Shown here piece by piece: positions 25,572 to 35,209 of a stretch of DNA of 60,371 nucleotides. Position 1 is the stretch's first letter. Every line of letters begins with the position of its first letter. The position numbers were made by a program, and so were the translations under genes. This DNA is from a virus (lineage: Duplodnaviria > Caudoviricetes), in IMG/VR virus record IMGVR_UViG_3300026484_000003, positions 1 to 60,371 of that record; one strand, written 5' to 3'. The notes beneath the pieces are model-generated. The model did not search any database. It saw nothing but the letters and a program-made list of their open reading frames with translations, and was not told the origin of the DNA.

Positions 25572-25775
25572 CTACCTTATTTGCTTATGTCGTACTTGTC
25601 TGACATTCAGATATGAGACTATATCAATCCATGCAGTGAAAGGTATCTTCAACTTCTTGTTCAGGATTAGCATATTCTCATAGGATGGCTTGTTCGCACC
25701 CCTTAAATACTTCCTTGCCAAGTTGTCTGACACATTGATTGCATTTGTGATTTGCTTTACTGTTATTGTTTTCAT
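25572..25775 (-). CDS. Cro-like HTH regulator
   Basis: TVKQITNAINVSDNLARKYLRGANKPS...IPFTAW; directly downstream of an operator-overlapped promoter. Confidence 0.8.
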   Translation of the reverse strand: MKTITVKQITNAINVSDNLARKYLRGANKPSYENMLILNKKLKIPFTAWIDIVSYLNVRQVRHKQIR

Positions 25776-25783
25776 GGCATTAT

Positions 25784-25798
25784 GGTAACTTTTTTACC
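25784..25798. promoter_or_regulatory. Operator GGTAACTTTTTTACC overlapping the cro-like promoter
   Basis: Matches GGTAA-N5-TTACC; minus strand reads TTAAGGGTAAAAAAGTTACCATAAT. Confidence 0.8.
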
Positions 25799-25994
25799 CT
25801 TAAATATGCATAAAAATATGACAAACAGGGAACTTGCTGAATACATCTCCACAGGGTAAAAAAGCTATTGCCTGACGATACGATCAGTAGGGTAGATAGC
25901 AGGGAAGCCTTTTATAGGTGGTCGGTGGATTTTTTTCTGGTCTCACAAGATAAATTTGGTAAAATCACACAAAATACTATTGTTTTAACAAAAA

Positions 25995-26043
25995 GGTAAT
26001 ATATTTACCATTTTTATATTCTTTTAAGGGTAACAATGTTACC
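25995..26043. promoter_or_regulatory. Two operators overlapping the rightward recombination-operon promoter
   Basis: GGTAATATATTTACC (25995-26009) and GGTAACAATGTTACC (26029-26043). Confidence 0.8.
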
Positions 26044-26453
26044 ATTCTCTTACAAGTAAAAAAACACGATAGGAGACACGGATGCAACCATATCAACATA
26101 CACAAAATGTAAATGGTAAAAGGCTGAAAAGGATGCGAGAACTTGCAGAGAAGTATAAAAATAAAGATTTTGATCCATACAATGGACGGGCAGGAAGGGT
26201 AAGAATTAGGGGGGGCAATACAACCCCTTTCGGGAGTCCATTTGTTCACGAAGGACTTTAATAAAATGATTAGAGCAAGATACAAACTTGCTTTTATTCT
26301 GGCATTTATGAAGCAGGAGAAGAAATATGAGAGTCGATGAGGTAAGAACAGCTCAAGAACTTGCAAGAAGAAGAAAACAGAAGCAGAATGAGGTTACTTA
26401 TATTACCTTTGTCTGTGGCAAATTTATTATTGAAAAGAGATAAGGAGCAGGAA

Positions 26454-27737
26454 ATGGGTGAAATTCAAAGTGTAATATCCACGATAGGCAATATCGTTGG
26501 GTTGGAAAAAACAGAGGTGGTTGATAAGCTGATCGAGTGGAATAAATCAAAAGTTTACCCAGTTAATCCAATTGTGATAAGTTTCGAGGGTGGAGAGGTA
26601 AAGGACAATGCCGAAGAGATAGCTGATCTCATCACTAAAATCGAGAATTATAAAGACGAGGTTGTTAAAAACAGTCTTGACGCTGAAAGTGTAGCCGAAG
26701 CAAAAAAAATGGTTGCAGAATTTGGGAAGTTTCTTATTGAGACACGAAAAGCAGTTACAAACCCCCTAAAGGAAATTGCGGGGAACTATACTAAAAATGA
26801 AGCAAAGTTCAAAGAGATGAACGAAGAGCTTACACGGAAGATTGACGAGATCAATGAAAAAACTTACAAAAACAGAGAGAGGGCTATCCGTGAGTATTTC
26901 GAGAGCAGACTAAAAAGTGATGCTCTTGCCGAAGTCGTAAGCATGGACGCTTTTAAGGACTTCATTGAAGCAAAGCGAAAGACAAACATTTTCACTTCTA
27001 CTGGGAAACTTACAAAGGGTATAAGAGATGCCGTATCAGAAGCCATAAGAGTAGTTGCAGAGCCTATCCTCGAAGCAAAAGAACTGGAAGATCGTAAAGC
27101 ACTACAATCCAAGCAGTTTGACAGCTATATGGTTAACTTCACAGTTGATGGAGACACAAACGCGCTTGAAGCAAACATCAATCAACTTGCGAAGTTTAGA
27201 GAGAGTGTTCCTGACTTGTATCCAGACATTGCGGATCATTGTATCAGAAGCGTTGATAACAAGATAGCACTCATGGAAGGAAATATCAGAGCGAATAAGG
27301 CTATCAAAGAAAAGGAAGCGGTGCAAAATGCAGACGGCGAACTACTTGAAATCTACGAAGAGATCAAAGAGCAGTCAAGCAATATGATTCTTGGGGAAGA
27401 GGTTCTTATAGAAATGGCAAATAAGCTAAGAGAGATTTACCCAAAACTTACATTTTCAGAAAATCAAGAAAATGTAAAAACACTCGGTACTTCAATTAGC
27501 GCCAGAATTGCAGAACTTGATGCTAAGGAAATTGAGGCAGAGATCCAAACAGTGCCGGAAGAGGTCATACAGTCGGATAGTGAAGAGAGCATTTACCTTG
27601 TCAGTATCAACGATATTGAAGTTCTTGCGAATATGGAAATCAAAGCGGTAAGTGAGGAGAAAGCCAAAAAAGAATTGGTCAGAAGATTTGAAGCACACCT
27701 AAGCATGATAAGACTCTATAATAAAAAAGGAGAGTAA
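26454..27737 (+). CDS. Coiled-coil protein, DUF1351-like, in the recombination operon
   Basis: TAAGGAG RBS before ATG 26454; AKKMVAEF...ETRKAVTNPL pattern; precedes recT. Confidence 0.6.
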   Translation: MGEIQSVISTIGNIVGLEKTEVVDKLIEWNKSKVYPVNPIVISFEGGEVKDNAEEIADLITKIENYKDEVVKNSLDAESVAEAKKMVAEFGKFLIETRKAVTNPLKEIAGNYTKNEAKFKEMNEELTRKIDEINEKTYKNRERAIREYFESRLKSDALAEVVSMDAFKDFIEAKRKTNIFTSTGKLTKGIRDAVSEAIRVVAEPILEAKELEDRKALQSKQFDSYMVNFTVDGDTNALEANINQLAKFRESVPDLYPDIADHCIRSVDNKIALMEGNIRANKAIKEKEAVQNADGELLEIYEEIKEQSSNMILGEEVLIEMANKLREIYPKLTFSENQENVKTLGTSISARIAELDAKEIEAEIQTVPEEVIQSDSEESIYLVSINDIEVLANMEIKAVSEEKAKKELVRRFEAHLSMIRLYNKKGE

Positions 27738-27738
27738 T

Positions 27739-28686
27739 ATGAACACGGCATTAACAAAAACAGAGCAGAACAGAAAGCAACTTGCAACAGTTTTACAGCA
27801 GAATAAGAGTTATGTTTATTCTGTTATTCCGATTGAAAAAGAACAGGACTTTCAGACAAACTTCCTAGAGCTTGCACAAAACAATTATTTGATGGAGAAG
27901 ATACCTCCAAAAGAGATACTTATCACGGCGCTTAACGCTACAAAACTCGGATTAAATGTAAACCCAATCTACAAAGAGATTTATGTACTCCCTTTCAATG
28001 TAAAAGGTCGTGGAATGGTTGCATCGATCGTGATTCCAAAGCAAGGGCATATCCAAATGGCTTTTGATGCAGGTTTCTTTTTGAAAATTGATCTTGTGTT
28101 CAACTTGAACGGGACGATTGTAACTGAAAGCAATATGACGATGGAGCAAAAGATCCAGATAGATACCACAAATTCAAAGTGGGTAGATGAACACTTGGTA
28201 GGGTGGGAGATCACCTTAGATGATATTTCAAACAATGAGATCAAAGTGCCTACACAGACTAAATTCATTGAAGTAAACTATGCAAAAGAGGTCACAAAAG
28301 AACTCCAGATGCCACAATACAAGATCCAAACATGGACTCACAAGGCAGTGCGTAGAGCAATGGGAGATATGTTTATCCCAAAACATCGTAAAAACATGAT
28401 GCTTGAATATGTTGAAGCCTTCAATGTTCAAAATGAGCAGAAAAAAATTGAAGAAAATGCAACACCGAATGTCAATGAAGCACAGAAGCCCGTTGACCTT
28501 AAAGCACAAGCAGAAGTTGAAGAAAGCTTGTTTGGGGTAACGGTGAGTGACATTATGGATTTTTATATGGAAGCAGATAACGATAAAAAGGCAAGAATAT
28601 CTGAGGTTATGGTGATCAAGAATGACTGGAGAGAGTACGATAGTGTAAAACTTGGTCAACTCATGGAAGAGATTAAGGCTCTGTAA
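27739..28686 (+). CDS. recT: RecT-family single-strand annealing protein
   Basis: ALNATKLGLNVNPIYKEIYVLPF...IPKQGHIQMA...KAVRRAM. Confidence 0.8.
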   Translation: MNTALTKTEQNRKQLATVLQQNKSYVYSVIPIEKEQDFQTNFLELAQNNYLMEKIPPKEILITALNATKLGLNVNPIYKEIYVLPFNVKGRGMVASIVIPKQGHIQMAFDAGFFLKIDLVFNLNGTIVTESNMTMEQKIQIDTTNSKWVDEHLVGWEITLDDISNNEIKVPTQTKFIEVNYAKEVTKELQMPQYKIQTWTHKAVRRAMGDMFIPKHRKNMMLEYVEAFNVQNEQKKIEENATPNVNEAQKPVDLKAQAEVEESLFGVTVSDIMDFYMEADNDKKARISEVMVIKNDWREYDSVKLGQLMEEIKAL

Positions 28687-29516
28687 TGGGCTTTACGCTT
28701 AAAGATATTTCGGACAAGCTCTATTTTGGCATGGGCGATATTTCGAAGGAAATGTCACCTATTGATGCACACGACAAGTTGATTGTTTCGGCTTCATTTT
28801 TGAAAAGAGTTTACAAAGAGAACCTGCATAATGTAATCATGTTCCCTAATCATAAAGTGGATAGTGATCTGCAAAAACTTTTTGATATTGGAAGTGCGTT
28901 CCACTGTTATGTTTTGGAGCATAATGAATTTGACAAAAGGTATTTTGTTTCTGATCGGATCAGACCAGACGATGATCGGGTACGAATAAGCACTGTAGAA
29001 TTTGAGTTCATTGAAAAGTCATACGAAAACATAGCTTACAAGTACCCGCAGATGATCGATGGTTTGAATTGTGAAATGGCTCTATTTGGAGAGATTGATG
29101 GCGTAAAAGTCAAGTGCAAGATGGATAAATTGAATATAACTCAATCAGCCAATGGAAAGTTTAGCCATGTTGAGATAGTTGATTTAAAGTCGGTTTATTT
29201 TAACCCATTCAGCCTAAGGAAAGACCCTGTAAACGGCAGGACAAAGTTGCGCTATATGCTAAGTGATATTGGCTATGACTTACAAGCCTACTTTTATACG
29301 CTACTGGTAGAAAACTGGCTTGAAAGTATAGGGCAGCATTGTACCGTTAGCTTTACTCTTCTTACTGCAAGCAAGGACAACTATGAGGTTCAAAAGTTCC
29401 GTGTCGGTAGCGAAATGATGGAGAGTGGACGCTTGAAGTTTGAAAGTGTCTGGAATGATATTAGAGACTTTGTTCTCTTTGGAAAAGACAGATTGATTGA
29501 TGAGGAGGTTTTATAG
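28686..29516 (+). CDS. RecE-like PD-(D/E)XK exonuclease (DUF3799-like)
   Basis: IGSAFHCYVLE, KCKMDKL, IVDLKS, GYDLQAYFY; coupled to recT. Confidence 0.88.
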   Translation: MGFTLKDISDKLYFGMGDISKEMSPIDAHDKLIVSASFLKRVYKENLHNVIMFPNHKVDSDLQKLFDIGSAFHCYVLEHNEFDKRYFVSDRIRPDDDRVRISTVEFEFIEKSYENIAYKYPQMIDGLNCEMALFGEIDGVKVKCKMDKLNITQSANGKFSHVEIVDLKSVYFNPFSLRKDPVNGRTKLRYMLSDIGYDLQAYFYTLLVENWLESIGQHCTVSFTLLTASKDNYEVQKFRVGSEMMESGRLKFESVWNDIRDFVLFGKDRLIDEEVL

Positions 29517-29800
29517 TGTTTGATTGTAATAGTTGCGGTGGGATGTGTTGTGTAAACCCTCCACTGCTATTTGATTTTAGCGAGGGGATAAAGGCTAAAA
29601 AGCTTGGTGTTGAGATAGTGGCATCTGGTGATAATTCAGTCGGCTATCTTATTGCTATTGCAAAAAAGAAAGATGTATGCCCATTCCTTGATGTTGACAG
29701 TGGAGATTGTAAAATCTACGATAACAGGTTTACGGCTTGCAAATCATACAGTTGCAAACTCATTGGAAAGCGGAAGAGAAGAGACGCAGGAAAGCATTAA
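29516..29800 (+). CDS. YkgJ-family cysteine-cluster protein
   Basis: FDCNSCGGMCC...CPFLD...CKIYDNRFTACKSYSC. Confidence 0.85.
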   Translation: MFDCNSCGGMCCVNPPLLFDFSEGIKAKKLGVEIVASGDNSVGYLIAIAKKKDVCPFLDVDSGDCKIYDNRFTACKSYSCKLIGKRKRRDAGKH

Positions 29801-29813
29801 AAAAGGGGAATGA

Positions 29814-30392
29814 ATGTTTAAAGTATTAACAAAAGGCTGTGAGCCGACAAGAGGAAGCAAATATAGTGCGTGTGTTGATCTGTACGCATCTAAAGATGCC
29901 TTGATCGGTGCAGGAGAGACGAAACTTATCGGGCTTGGTGTTGCGATTGATGAAGAGTTGCTTCCTAAAACCATAGTGCAAGAGTGGGACAAGCTCGGTC
30001 TTGGTATGTATATTGATTATGTAAAAGATTTTAAAAAGTCACACTATCTCCAGCTCATGCTACGCTCATCTCTCGGTAAAAAAGGTCTTATTTTGCCAAA
30101 TGGTGTAGGCATCATCGACCTTGATTATAAGGACGAGATTAAGATGATTATTCATAATCCGATAAAGATGGTTGATGCTGAATATTTTGCAGACGAGGAA
30201 GTTATTGAAATGTCTCAACTAGGAAGCCCTAGCCCTTATTCAAAAGGTGAAAACATAACAGCTTCAAGTAGATACGAGATCAGAAAAGGCGACAAAATCG
30301 CACAAATCACACTGCTTGAACACAAAGGCTATCTCTTTGGTATCGACACGGACAAAGAGCGTGAAGGCGGATTTGGATCGACTGGGGAATAA
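29814..30392 (+). CDS. dut: Trimeric dUTPase
   Basis: SACVDL, RSSLGKKG, GIIDLDY, KGDKIAQ, REGGFGSTG. Confidence 0.96.
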   Translation: MFKVLTKGCEPTRGSKYSACVDLYASKDALIGAGETKLIGLGVAIDEELLPKTIVQEWDKLGLGMYIDYVKDFKKSHYLQLMLRSSLGKKGLILPNGVGIIDLDYKDEIKMIIHNPIKMVDAEYFADEEVIEMSQLGSPSPYSKGENITASSRYEIRKGDKIAQITLLEHKGYLFGIDTDKEREGGFGSTGE

Positions 30393-30395
30393 GAC

Positions 30396-30791
30396 ATGAG
30401 CCACAAAATGAACATTTCAAATTCATTTAACCGGTTTTACCATGCTTTACTTTCAGAGTTTTTTAAAAAAACAAGGAGTGTTTCTTTTGGGGAGTGGAGA
30501 GACATGAACACAGGTACATGCCTTATCTTCTGGAAAGATGAGGACTATGATTGTGTTGCACTTCCAAAAGACACACCAATTGAGCAAGATAGTTCATTGA
30601 AAACAATTTTCAAGTTTATGAATTTGAATTATCCGGTTGATGCAGATGGCAAGACATCAACAACTGAAATTAGCAATCGTGATTTATGTAATCACATTGA
30701 CTGGGTTACAAAAATCCTAAACGAAAACGGGTTTGAGTTTGAGCATGATCGCATCAAGTGGGAAAGACTAAAGAGAGAGGCAGGTTTTTAA
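30396..30791 (+). CDS. Hypothetical protein
   Basis: Operonic ORF immediately after dut. Confidence 0.65.
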   Translation: MSHKMNISNSFNRFYHALLSEFFKKTRSVSFGEWRDMNTGTCLIFWKDEDYDCVALPKDTPIEQDSSLKTIFKFMNLNYPVDADGKTSTTEISNRDLCNHIDWVTKILNENGFEFEHDRIKWERLKREAGF

Positions 30792-30945
30792 GGTATGGAA
30801 ATAAGATGCAGACATAAAAAACGCTCACACACAGCGTAAGCATGTATGAGGTAGAGGGCGTGATTATCTATGCAAAATCACATAATGAAGCGGTGCGTAA
30901 ATGGTTGCGTAAACAAAAACCAAAAACAAACAGTGGGAGAAGATA

Positions 30946-31143
30946 ATGCTAAGAGAATACAGACATAACAACAAAGGCTTTACGGTACAGGTAGATACCC
31001 AGAACGGAGAACCGGTTGTAAGCAAAAAGGGATTTGTGAAACTACACAAAATCCCATACGGAAACTACAAGGGAGTTGATACACTAAGTATTGATGCCTT
31101 CAATGAAGCATTTAGCATAATCAAAAAACAATCTGAAGAGTAG
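30946..31143 (+). CDS. Hypothetical protein
   Basis: GGAGA RBS; operonic. Confidence 0.55.
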   Translation: MLREYRHNNKGFTVQVDTQNGEPVVSKKGFVKLHKIPYGNYKGVDTLSIDAFNEAFSIIKKQSEE

Positions 31144-31287
31144 AAAATGAAAAAATTTGAGTATATTGATGCTACCGATAATATATTTGTGCATGGTATA
31201 GTGCATGATGTTGTATGCGATGTTTTAAGGGTATGGAAATGATGCACGAATATGAAATAGATTTATTAGAATTTGCAGGAGTTGAAC

Positions 31288-31692
31288 ATGAGAGAGATTA
31301 AATTTAGAGGATACAATAAAGAGAGAGAAGAGTGGGTGTATGGGTGTCTGTGTAGACACTCAAATGGGGAATCCTACATTATTACTTACTTATCAGAAAA
31401 TGTTATTTCAAGAGAAAGTGTCGTCTATCTTGTTGATAAAGAGAGTATAGGGCAGTTTACTGGGGTTCTTGATAATAATGGAAATGAGATTTATGAGGGT
31501 GATATTCTACAATACAGTGTTGCAAAAAAAAGAAAAATTGTTGTTGAATGGAGCGAGTATGCTTTTATCGGAAGAGAGTTCACGAGGAAAAATGAAAAGT
31601 ATCCAATTTTCATTTGTTCAAGCAGAATAGAAGATTTTTATCTGAAAGTTATCTGTAATAGATACGAAAATAAAGAGCTTATCAAAACATAG
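31288..31692 (+). CDS. YopX-family protein
   Basis: MREIKFRGY...WVYG...GQFTGVLDNNGNEIYEGDIL...NRYENKEL. Confidence 0.93.
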   Translation: MREIKFRGYNKEREEWVYGCLCRHSNGESYIITYLSENVISRESVVYLVDKESIGQFTGVLDNNGNEIYEGDILQYSVAKKRKIVVEWSEYAFIGREFTRKNEKYPIFICSSRIEDFYLKVICNRYENKELIKT

Positions 31693-31727
31693 CGTAAAAC
31701 CACCTCATTCATGGGGTGGAGTATCAA
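31691..31727 (+). mobile_element. Possible IS200/IS605-family end scar (single subterminal hairpin)
   Basis: AGCGTAAAA-CCACCTCA-TTCA-TGGGGTGG-AGTATCAA. Confidence 0.35.
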
Positions 31728-31734
31728 AGGAGTA

Positions 31735-31768
31735 AAAAAGTATCAGAGGGGGGACTCGAAAGCCCCCT
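31735..31768 (-). terminator. Intrinsic terminator at the end of the lysis operon
   Basis: Minus strand GGGGGCT-TTCG-AGTCCCC followed shortly by a T run, between convergent operons. Confidence 0.6.
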
Positions 31769-31786
31769 ACAAAGCCCCATATAGCT

Positions 31787-32299
31787 TCAAATTAACAAAT
31801 CTCTTATTCTATCCATATCCATCAATGGACAACTCTTTTTTACATTCGGAAATTCATTATGCCCCAAAATATCTTTTTTTTCAAGACGATACATTTTTTT
31901 AAGCAACGCAGATAGTGCAACAATACTTTTAACTTGCTCTAGTGTTGCATCATAGAGAGGGTTTTTATCTTTGTCCATTCCACCGATTCTGCAAATTCCT
32001 ATGCTGTGTGCATTGTGACCTTTCACATGAGAGCCGATAGCATCAACCCATCTTCCTTTTTGGATAGTTCCATCCTCAAGTATCACATAGTGATAACCTA
32101 CTCCTGAACGGCTACCCCATCTTTGAAGATGCCATCTGTCAATATCGTGAACATCGTCACCTCTCCCCTGTGGGCTGTCGCTACAATGAACAATGATAGA
32201 GTCAATTTTTCTTTTATTTGTCTTGTATGTGTAGCCAAGATAAACCTCTTCTGTAAGGTTTCTCCCTATGGAACTGAATTTAATTGGTCGTTTACTCAT
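31787..32299 (-). CDS. Endolysin, N-acetylmuramoyl-L-alanine amidase (T7 lysozyme-like)
   Basis: IIVHCSD, IDRWH, VGYHYVI..DGTIQKGR, GSHVKGHN..SIGIC..GG, GHNE...KSCP. Confidence 0.96.
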   Translation of the reverse strand: MSKRPIKFSSIGRNLTEEVYLGYTYKTNKRKIDSIIVHCSDSPQGRGDDVHDIDRWHLQRWGSRSGVGYHYVILEDGTIQKGRWVDAIGSHVKGHNAHSIGICRIGGMDKDKNPLYDATLEQVKSIVALSALLKKMYRLEKKDILGHNEFPNVKKSCPLMDMDRIRDLLI

Positions 32300-32477
32300 C
32301 TCTGTTGTCCTTCAATATTAGTTTTGATATTGCTTTCAGTCTATGAAAGTCTTTCTTTATTGTTTTCTTTCGATACCCACCGCACAAATCAATATGAAGT
32401 GATCTATGACACCTGTTGCATAATGTCACACCGTTTTCAGCCGTAAATCTTTTGACTGGGTGGCATCTTGCACTGCT
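32292..32477 (-). pseudogene. HNH endonuclease C-terminal remnant (no start codon)
   Basis: Frame reads HPVKRFTAENGVTLCNRCHRSLH..., with an in-frame stop just upstream and no initiation codon ahead of the motif. Confidence 0.7.
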
Positions 32478-32803
32478 TATCTTCTTGCTTTTTTAGAGAA
32501 TGAATTTAATAGCCTGATCTGATCATTTAGTGCCGTGTTTGCTATTCTCAATTTTTCACAATTTTTTCCCGACATTGAAAGTTTGTTTGTGATGCACATT
32601 GCATCATCAAGAGGGAGTGTGACATTCCCATCTGCTTGTATTGTGTATGTGATCGTACACTTCCGAAGCTTTTTTGTTTTTGGGTCTATCGTGTGTAGTT
32701 TTGGAGGCATTGAGACAATTTTTTCACTGCATCCATTAAAGACAATTACTGCAAGTAAAAAACATAAAAATTTCACGATAGTCACCATATCAATATAATC
32801 CAT
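32477..32803 (-). CDS. Lipoprotein, probable o-spanin
   Basis: Hydrophobic stretch ending in a lipobox-like VFNGC; lysis cassette. Confidence 0.6.
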   Translation of the reverse strand: MDYIDMVTIVKFLCFLLAVIVFNGCSEKIVSMPPKLHTIDPKTKKLRKCTITYTIQADGNVTLPLDDAMCITNKLSMSGKNCEKLRIANTALNDQIRLLNSFSKKARR

Positions 32804-33183
32804 ACAAAGGACAATAGTACAATATCCTGTATGAGACCGTATATGATCTCTGCACCAGAACCGCCATTGTTTGCTACAAGACCGTCAGCCATAACAACCG
32901 AAAGAGGGAAACCAGTCCCAAGTGATGCAGTCATAAGCACATAGATTTGAATATTCATGTACCCAAATGCAACAAGCGGAAGCAGTGTTAACCCAAACCA
33001 GCAAATACCACGAATAAGCAAGGCAACAATGTAATATGTATAGTAGTTGCTATTCATTGGTGCAACAAGATTTGCAAGATAGTGTGTCCCATTTTTTGCA
33101 CCTTCTTGATCTCTTAGTTGAGCCTCTGTTGGTTTTGATGTAATAGAGTAAGTGCCTCTAAGTCTATTTAATATTGTAAACAT
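32782..33183 (-). CDS. Membrane protein
   Basis: Several hydrophobic segments; GGAG RBS. Confidence 0.6.
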   Translation of the reverse strand: MFTILNRLRGTYSITSKPTEAQLRDQEGAKNGTHYLANLVAPMNSNYYTYYIVALLIRGICWFGLTLLPLVAFGYMNIQIYVLMTASLGTGFPLSVVMADGLVANNGGSGAEIIYGLIQDIVLLSFVWIILIW

Positions 33184-33193
33184 TGCGTACTCC

Positions 33194-33475
33194 TTAGAAT
33201 GTTTCCGTATGTGTTCCGACTGCCAAGTTGTATCGCTGTTGCTTTTGTAGGTCTAACTGTTGTATTTCCCCGATTGACTTAGATGCTATAGATGTCATAT
33301 TTAATTCAATGTTTTTTGTCTCATTGACTGTTTCAAGATTGGTAATTTCCTGATCTCTCTTATCAATTCCATGCCTTAGTATAAGGTTGTACGAAATAGC
33401 AAACACCAGAGATACCGACAAGGCAATAATTATCTTAATCAGCATCTTTGTTAAACAGATGATTATACCCGCCAT
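33194..33475 (-). CDS. Probable i-spanin
   Basis: N-terminal transmembrane segment plus coiled coil; lysis cassette. Confidence 0.5.
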   Translation of the reverse strand: MAGIIICLTKMLIKIIIALSVSLVFAISYNLILRHGIDKRDQEITNLETVNETKNIELNMTSIASKSIGEIQQLDLQKQQRYNLAVGTHTETF

Positions 33476-33701
33476 CTGCTCCTTTTTTAAGTGTCAAACC
33501 ATACAAAACAACACCGCCTATACTTGACACAAACAATAGTGTAGGCTGTATCAGTTTTGCTATTGTTGGATATATTGGTTCTATCGTCGGGACAACAGAC
33601 AAGCTGAATACCGTCAATGCACCCATTGTTGCATTAAACATAATTGTCCGGCTGTCCTTACCTTGTTCTGCCACATAATCAAGAGCTTCCCTGTTTTTCA
33701 A
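33435..33701 (-). CDS. Small two-TM membrane protein (holin-like)
   Basis: AGGAGG RBS with TTG start; two hydrophobic segments. Confidence 0.5.
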   Translation of the reverse strand: MKNREALDYVAEQGKDSRTIMFNATMGALTVFSLSVVPTIEPIYPTIAKLIQPTLLFVSSIGGVVLYGLTLKKGADGGYNHLFNKDAD

Positions 33702-33853
33702 GTAAACTTCCTCCTAAAAATAATTTTTTGAATTATAAAAATCCATTGAGTGCGAAATAAATCCATGTACCAAGTGCCAAAATACTTGATACGATTATTT
33801 CAATAATAATCACTCTCATAGAAAACCTTTTTGCTAAACTATGTATCATAAGC

Positions 33854-34276
33854 TTACTTCTCCCATTTGCTTGTTAGTATCTTTATAATGGTTACAATCA
33901 ACCCTCCAAGAGTATCTACAACTCTCCTGTAGTTCATGGAAGCCATGAAAGCTAAGAAGATCCAAATATAGATACCTAAATCTTTTACATGGGGATTGAA
34001 GCCATCTTTCCCGGCATAAAACACAACTCCAGTCAGTGAAATTGCCATCAATATCGAAAAGGGCATATTTAGAAGGTTTTTGATTGGGTTTTCCATAAAC
34101 TCCTCAAGAACAAACTCTTTTCCGATATATGCAAATCCACCGATCACACCGACAATTAATACCATCATAATATCCATGTCGGTACTTACGAGTGCGATAA
34201 ATGCTGTAAATGCACTAACTTTTACACCGGTTGCTATGATTGTGGAAGCTGTAGCTACACTTATTGGTTCGGGCAT
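33854..34276 (-). CDS. Multi-TM membrane protein, candidate holin
   Basis: Three to four hydrophobic segments; upstream of the lysis genes. Confidence 0.55.
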   Translation of the reverse strand: MPEPISVATASTIIATGVKVSAFTAFIALVSTDMDIMMVLIVGVIGGFAYIGKEFVLEEFMENPIKNLLNMPFSILMAISLTGVVFYAGKDGFNPHVKDLGIYIWIFLAFMASMNYRRVVDTLGGLIVTIIKILTSKWEK

Positions 34277-34339
34277 ATCGTTACGTTAACTCCCTGTTTT
34301 TTATTTTAAATGAACATCACTTAGTGAGTTAATTTTAGC

Positions 34340-34579
34340 CTATTTATTGTCTCTTTTTTCAAAGAGTTGCCCCTCTTCATTAAGCATGAATGTATTTGGA
34401 TATTTGTTTGACTGATCTCCGTCATAAGCAGATAGTACAAATTCCCCAATATCACTTACATTGAAGTTAAAATCACCATTTTCAGCAAATACAACATACT
34501 CCCAATCTTTGCTTTTTATTTTCACTTCACCAAAAAACTTTTCATTTTTTCTATGGTTTGCATATCCGTCACCCCACAC
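34340..34579 (-). CDS. Hypothetical protein or fragment
   Basis: Coding-like ORF with an uncertain start. Confidence 0.4.
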   Translation of the reverse strand: MWGDGYANHRKNEKFFGEVKIKSKDWEYVVFAENGDFNFNVSDIGEFVLSAYDGDQSNKYPNTFMLNEEGQLFEKRDNK

Positions 34580-34590
34580 AATAGTTCCGT

Positions 34591-34860
34591 TTATGCCATG
34601 TGGTTTTTTAAGGCGTTTTTTCGGTATTTAGTGTGATGGATGCACCCGTATGATATTTTTACCTCTAGTCCATTTGGGTTAACTGCCTCTATCTTTCCAT
34701 TGTATGTATGATTTTCTATTGTATGTTTCATACCCACTGTTTCATATTCCCTGATTTGTTCACATGGCAGATTTACATATATTGTTTTTGGGTAGATAAG
34801 TGAAACAGAGATTGTATATAATAAATATAGGTTACGCATTGCAATCTCCAAGCCATTCAT
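34591..34860 (-). CDS. Hypothetical protein
   Basis: Overlaps the DUF1353 gene; short TM segment. Confidence 0.45.
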   Translation of the reverse strand: MNGLEIAMRNLYLLYTISVSLIYPKTIYVNLPCEQIREYETVGMKHTIENHTYNGKIEAVNPNGLEVKISYGCIHHTKYRKNALKNHMA

Positions 34861-35209
34861 ACAGTTTTAACCATGATCTCTTTTGGTTGTTATTCCTGTA
34901 TGCTATTTTATGCCATATTCTGACACCATAAACAAGTGCCAATCGTGTGCTTTTTTTAACCCTTGTCTTGATTAGAATTTCATGGAAGTATCTATCTGCC
35001 TTATGGTACTGATCTATATTGCATAGATAATCATGTACCATAGAAGCAGTTTTGTAGTCTGGATAGAATGGGGGGAAGGCAACCCATAAAATGCGAGGCA
35101 CGGTAGCCCCGTCACTTTCAAAACCTTTCTTTAGAGTAATATCTTTATAAGAGAAGTCCTCAACAACTATTTCAGTTCCTTTCCCGGTTGGCTGCGTTTT
35201 GATGTGCAT
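34832..35209 (-). CDS. DUF1353-family protein
   Basis: KGFESDGATVPRILW...ASMVHDYLC...ADRYF...YGVR. Confidence 0.9.
   Translation of the reverse strand: MHIKTQPTGKGTEIVVEDFSYKDITLKKGFESDGATVPRILWVAFPPFYPDYKTASMVHDYLCNIDQYHKADRYFHEILIKTRVKKSTRLALVYGVRIWHKIAYRNNNQKRSWLKLYEWLGDCNA

Noticed and set aside
25977-26366. 129-aa minus-strand ORF as the missing repressor
   Set aside because: No HTH; it runs antisense over the rightward promoter, operators and mini-ORFs.
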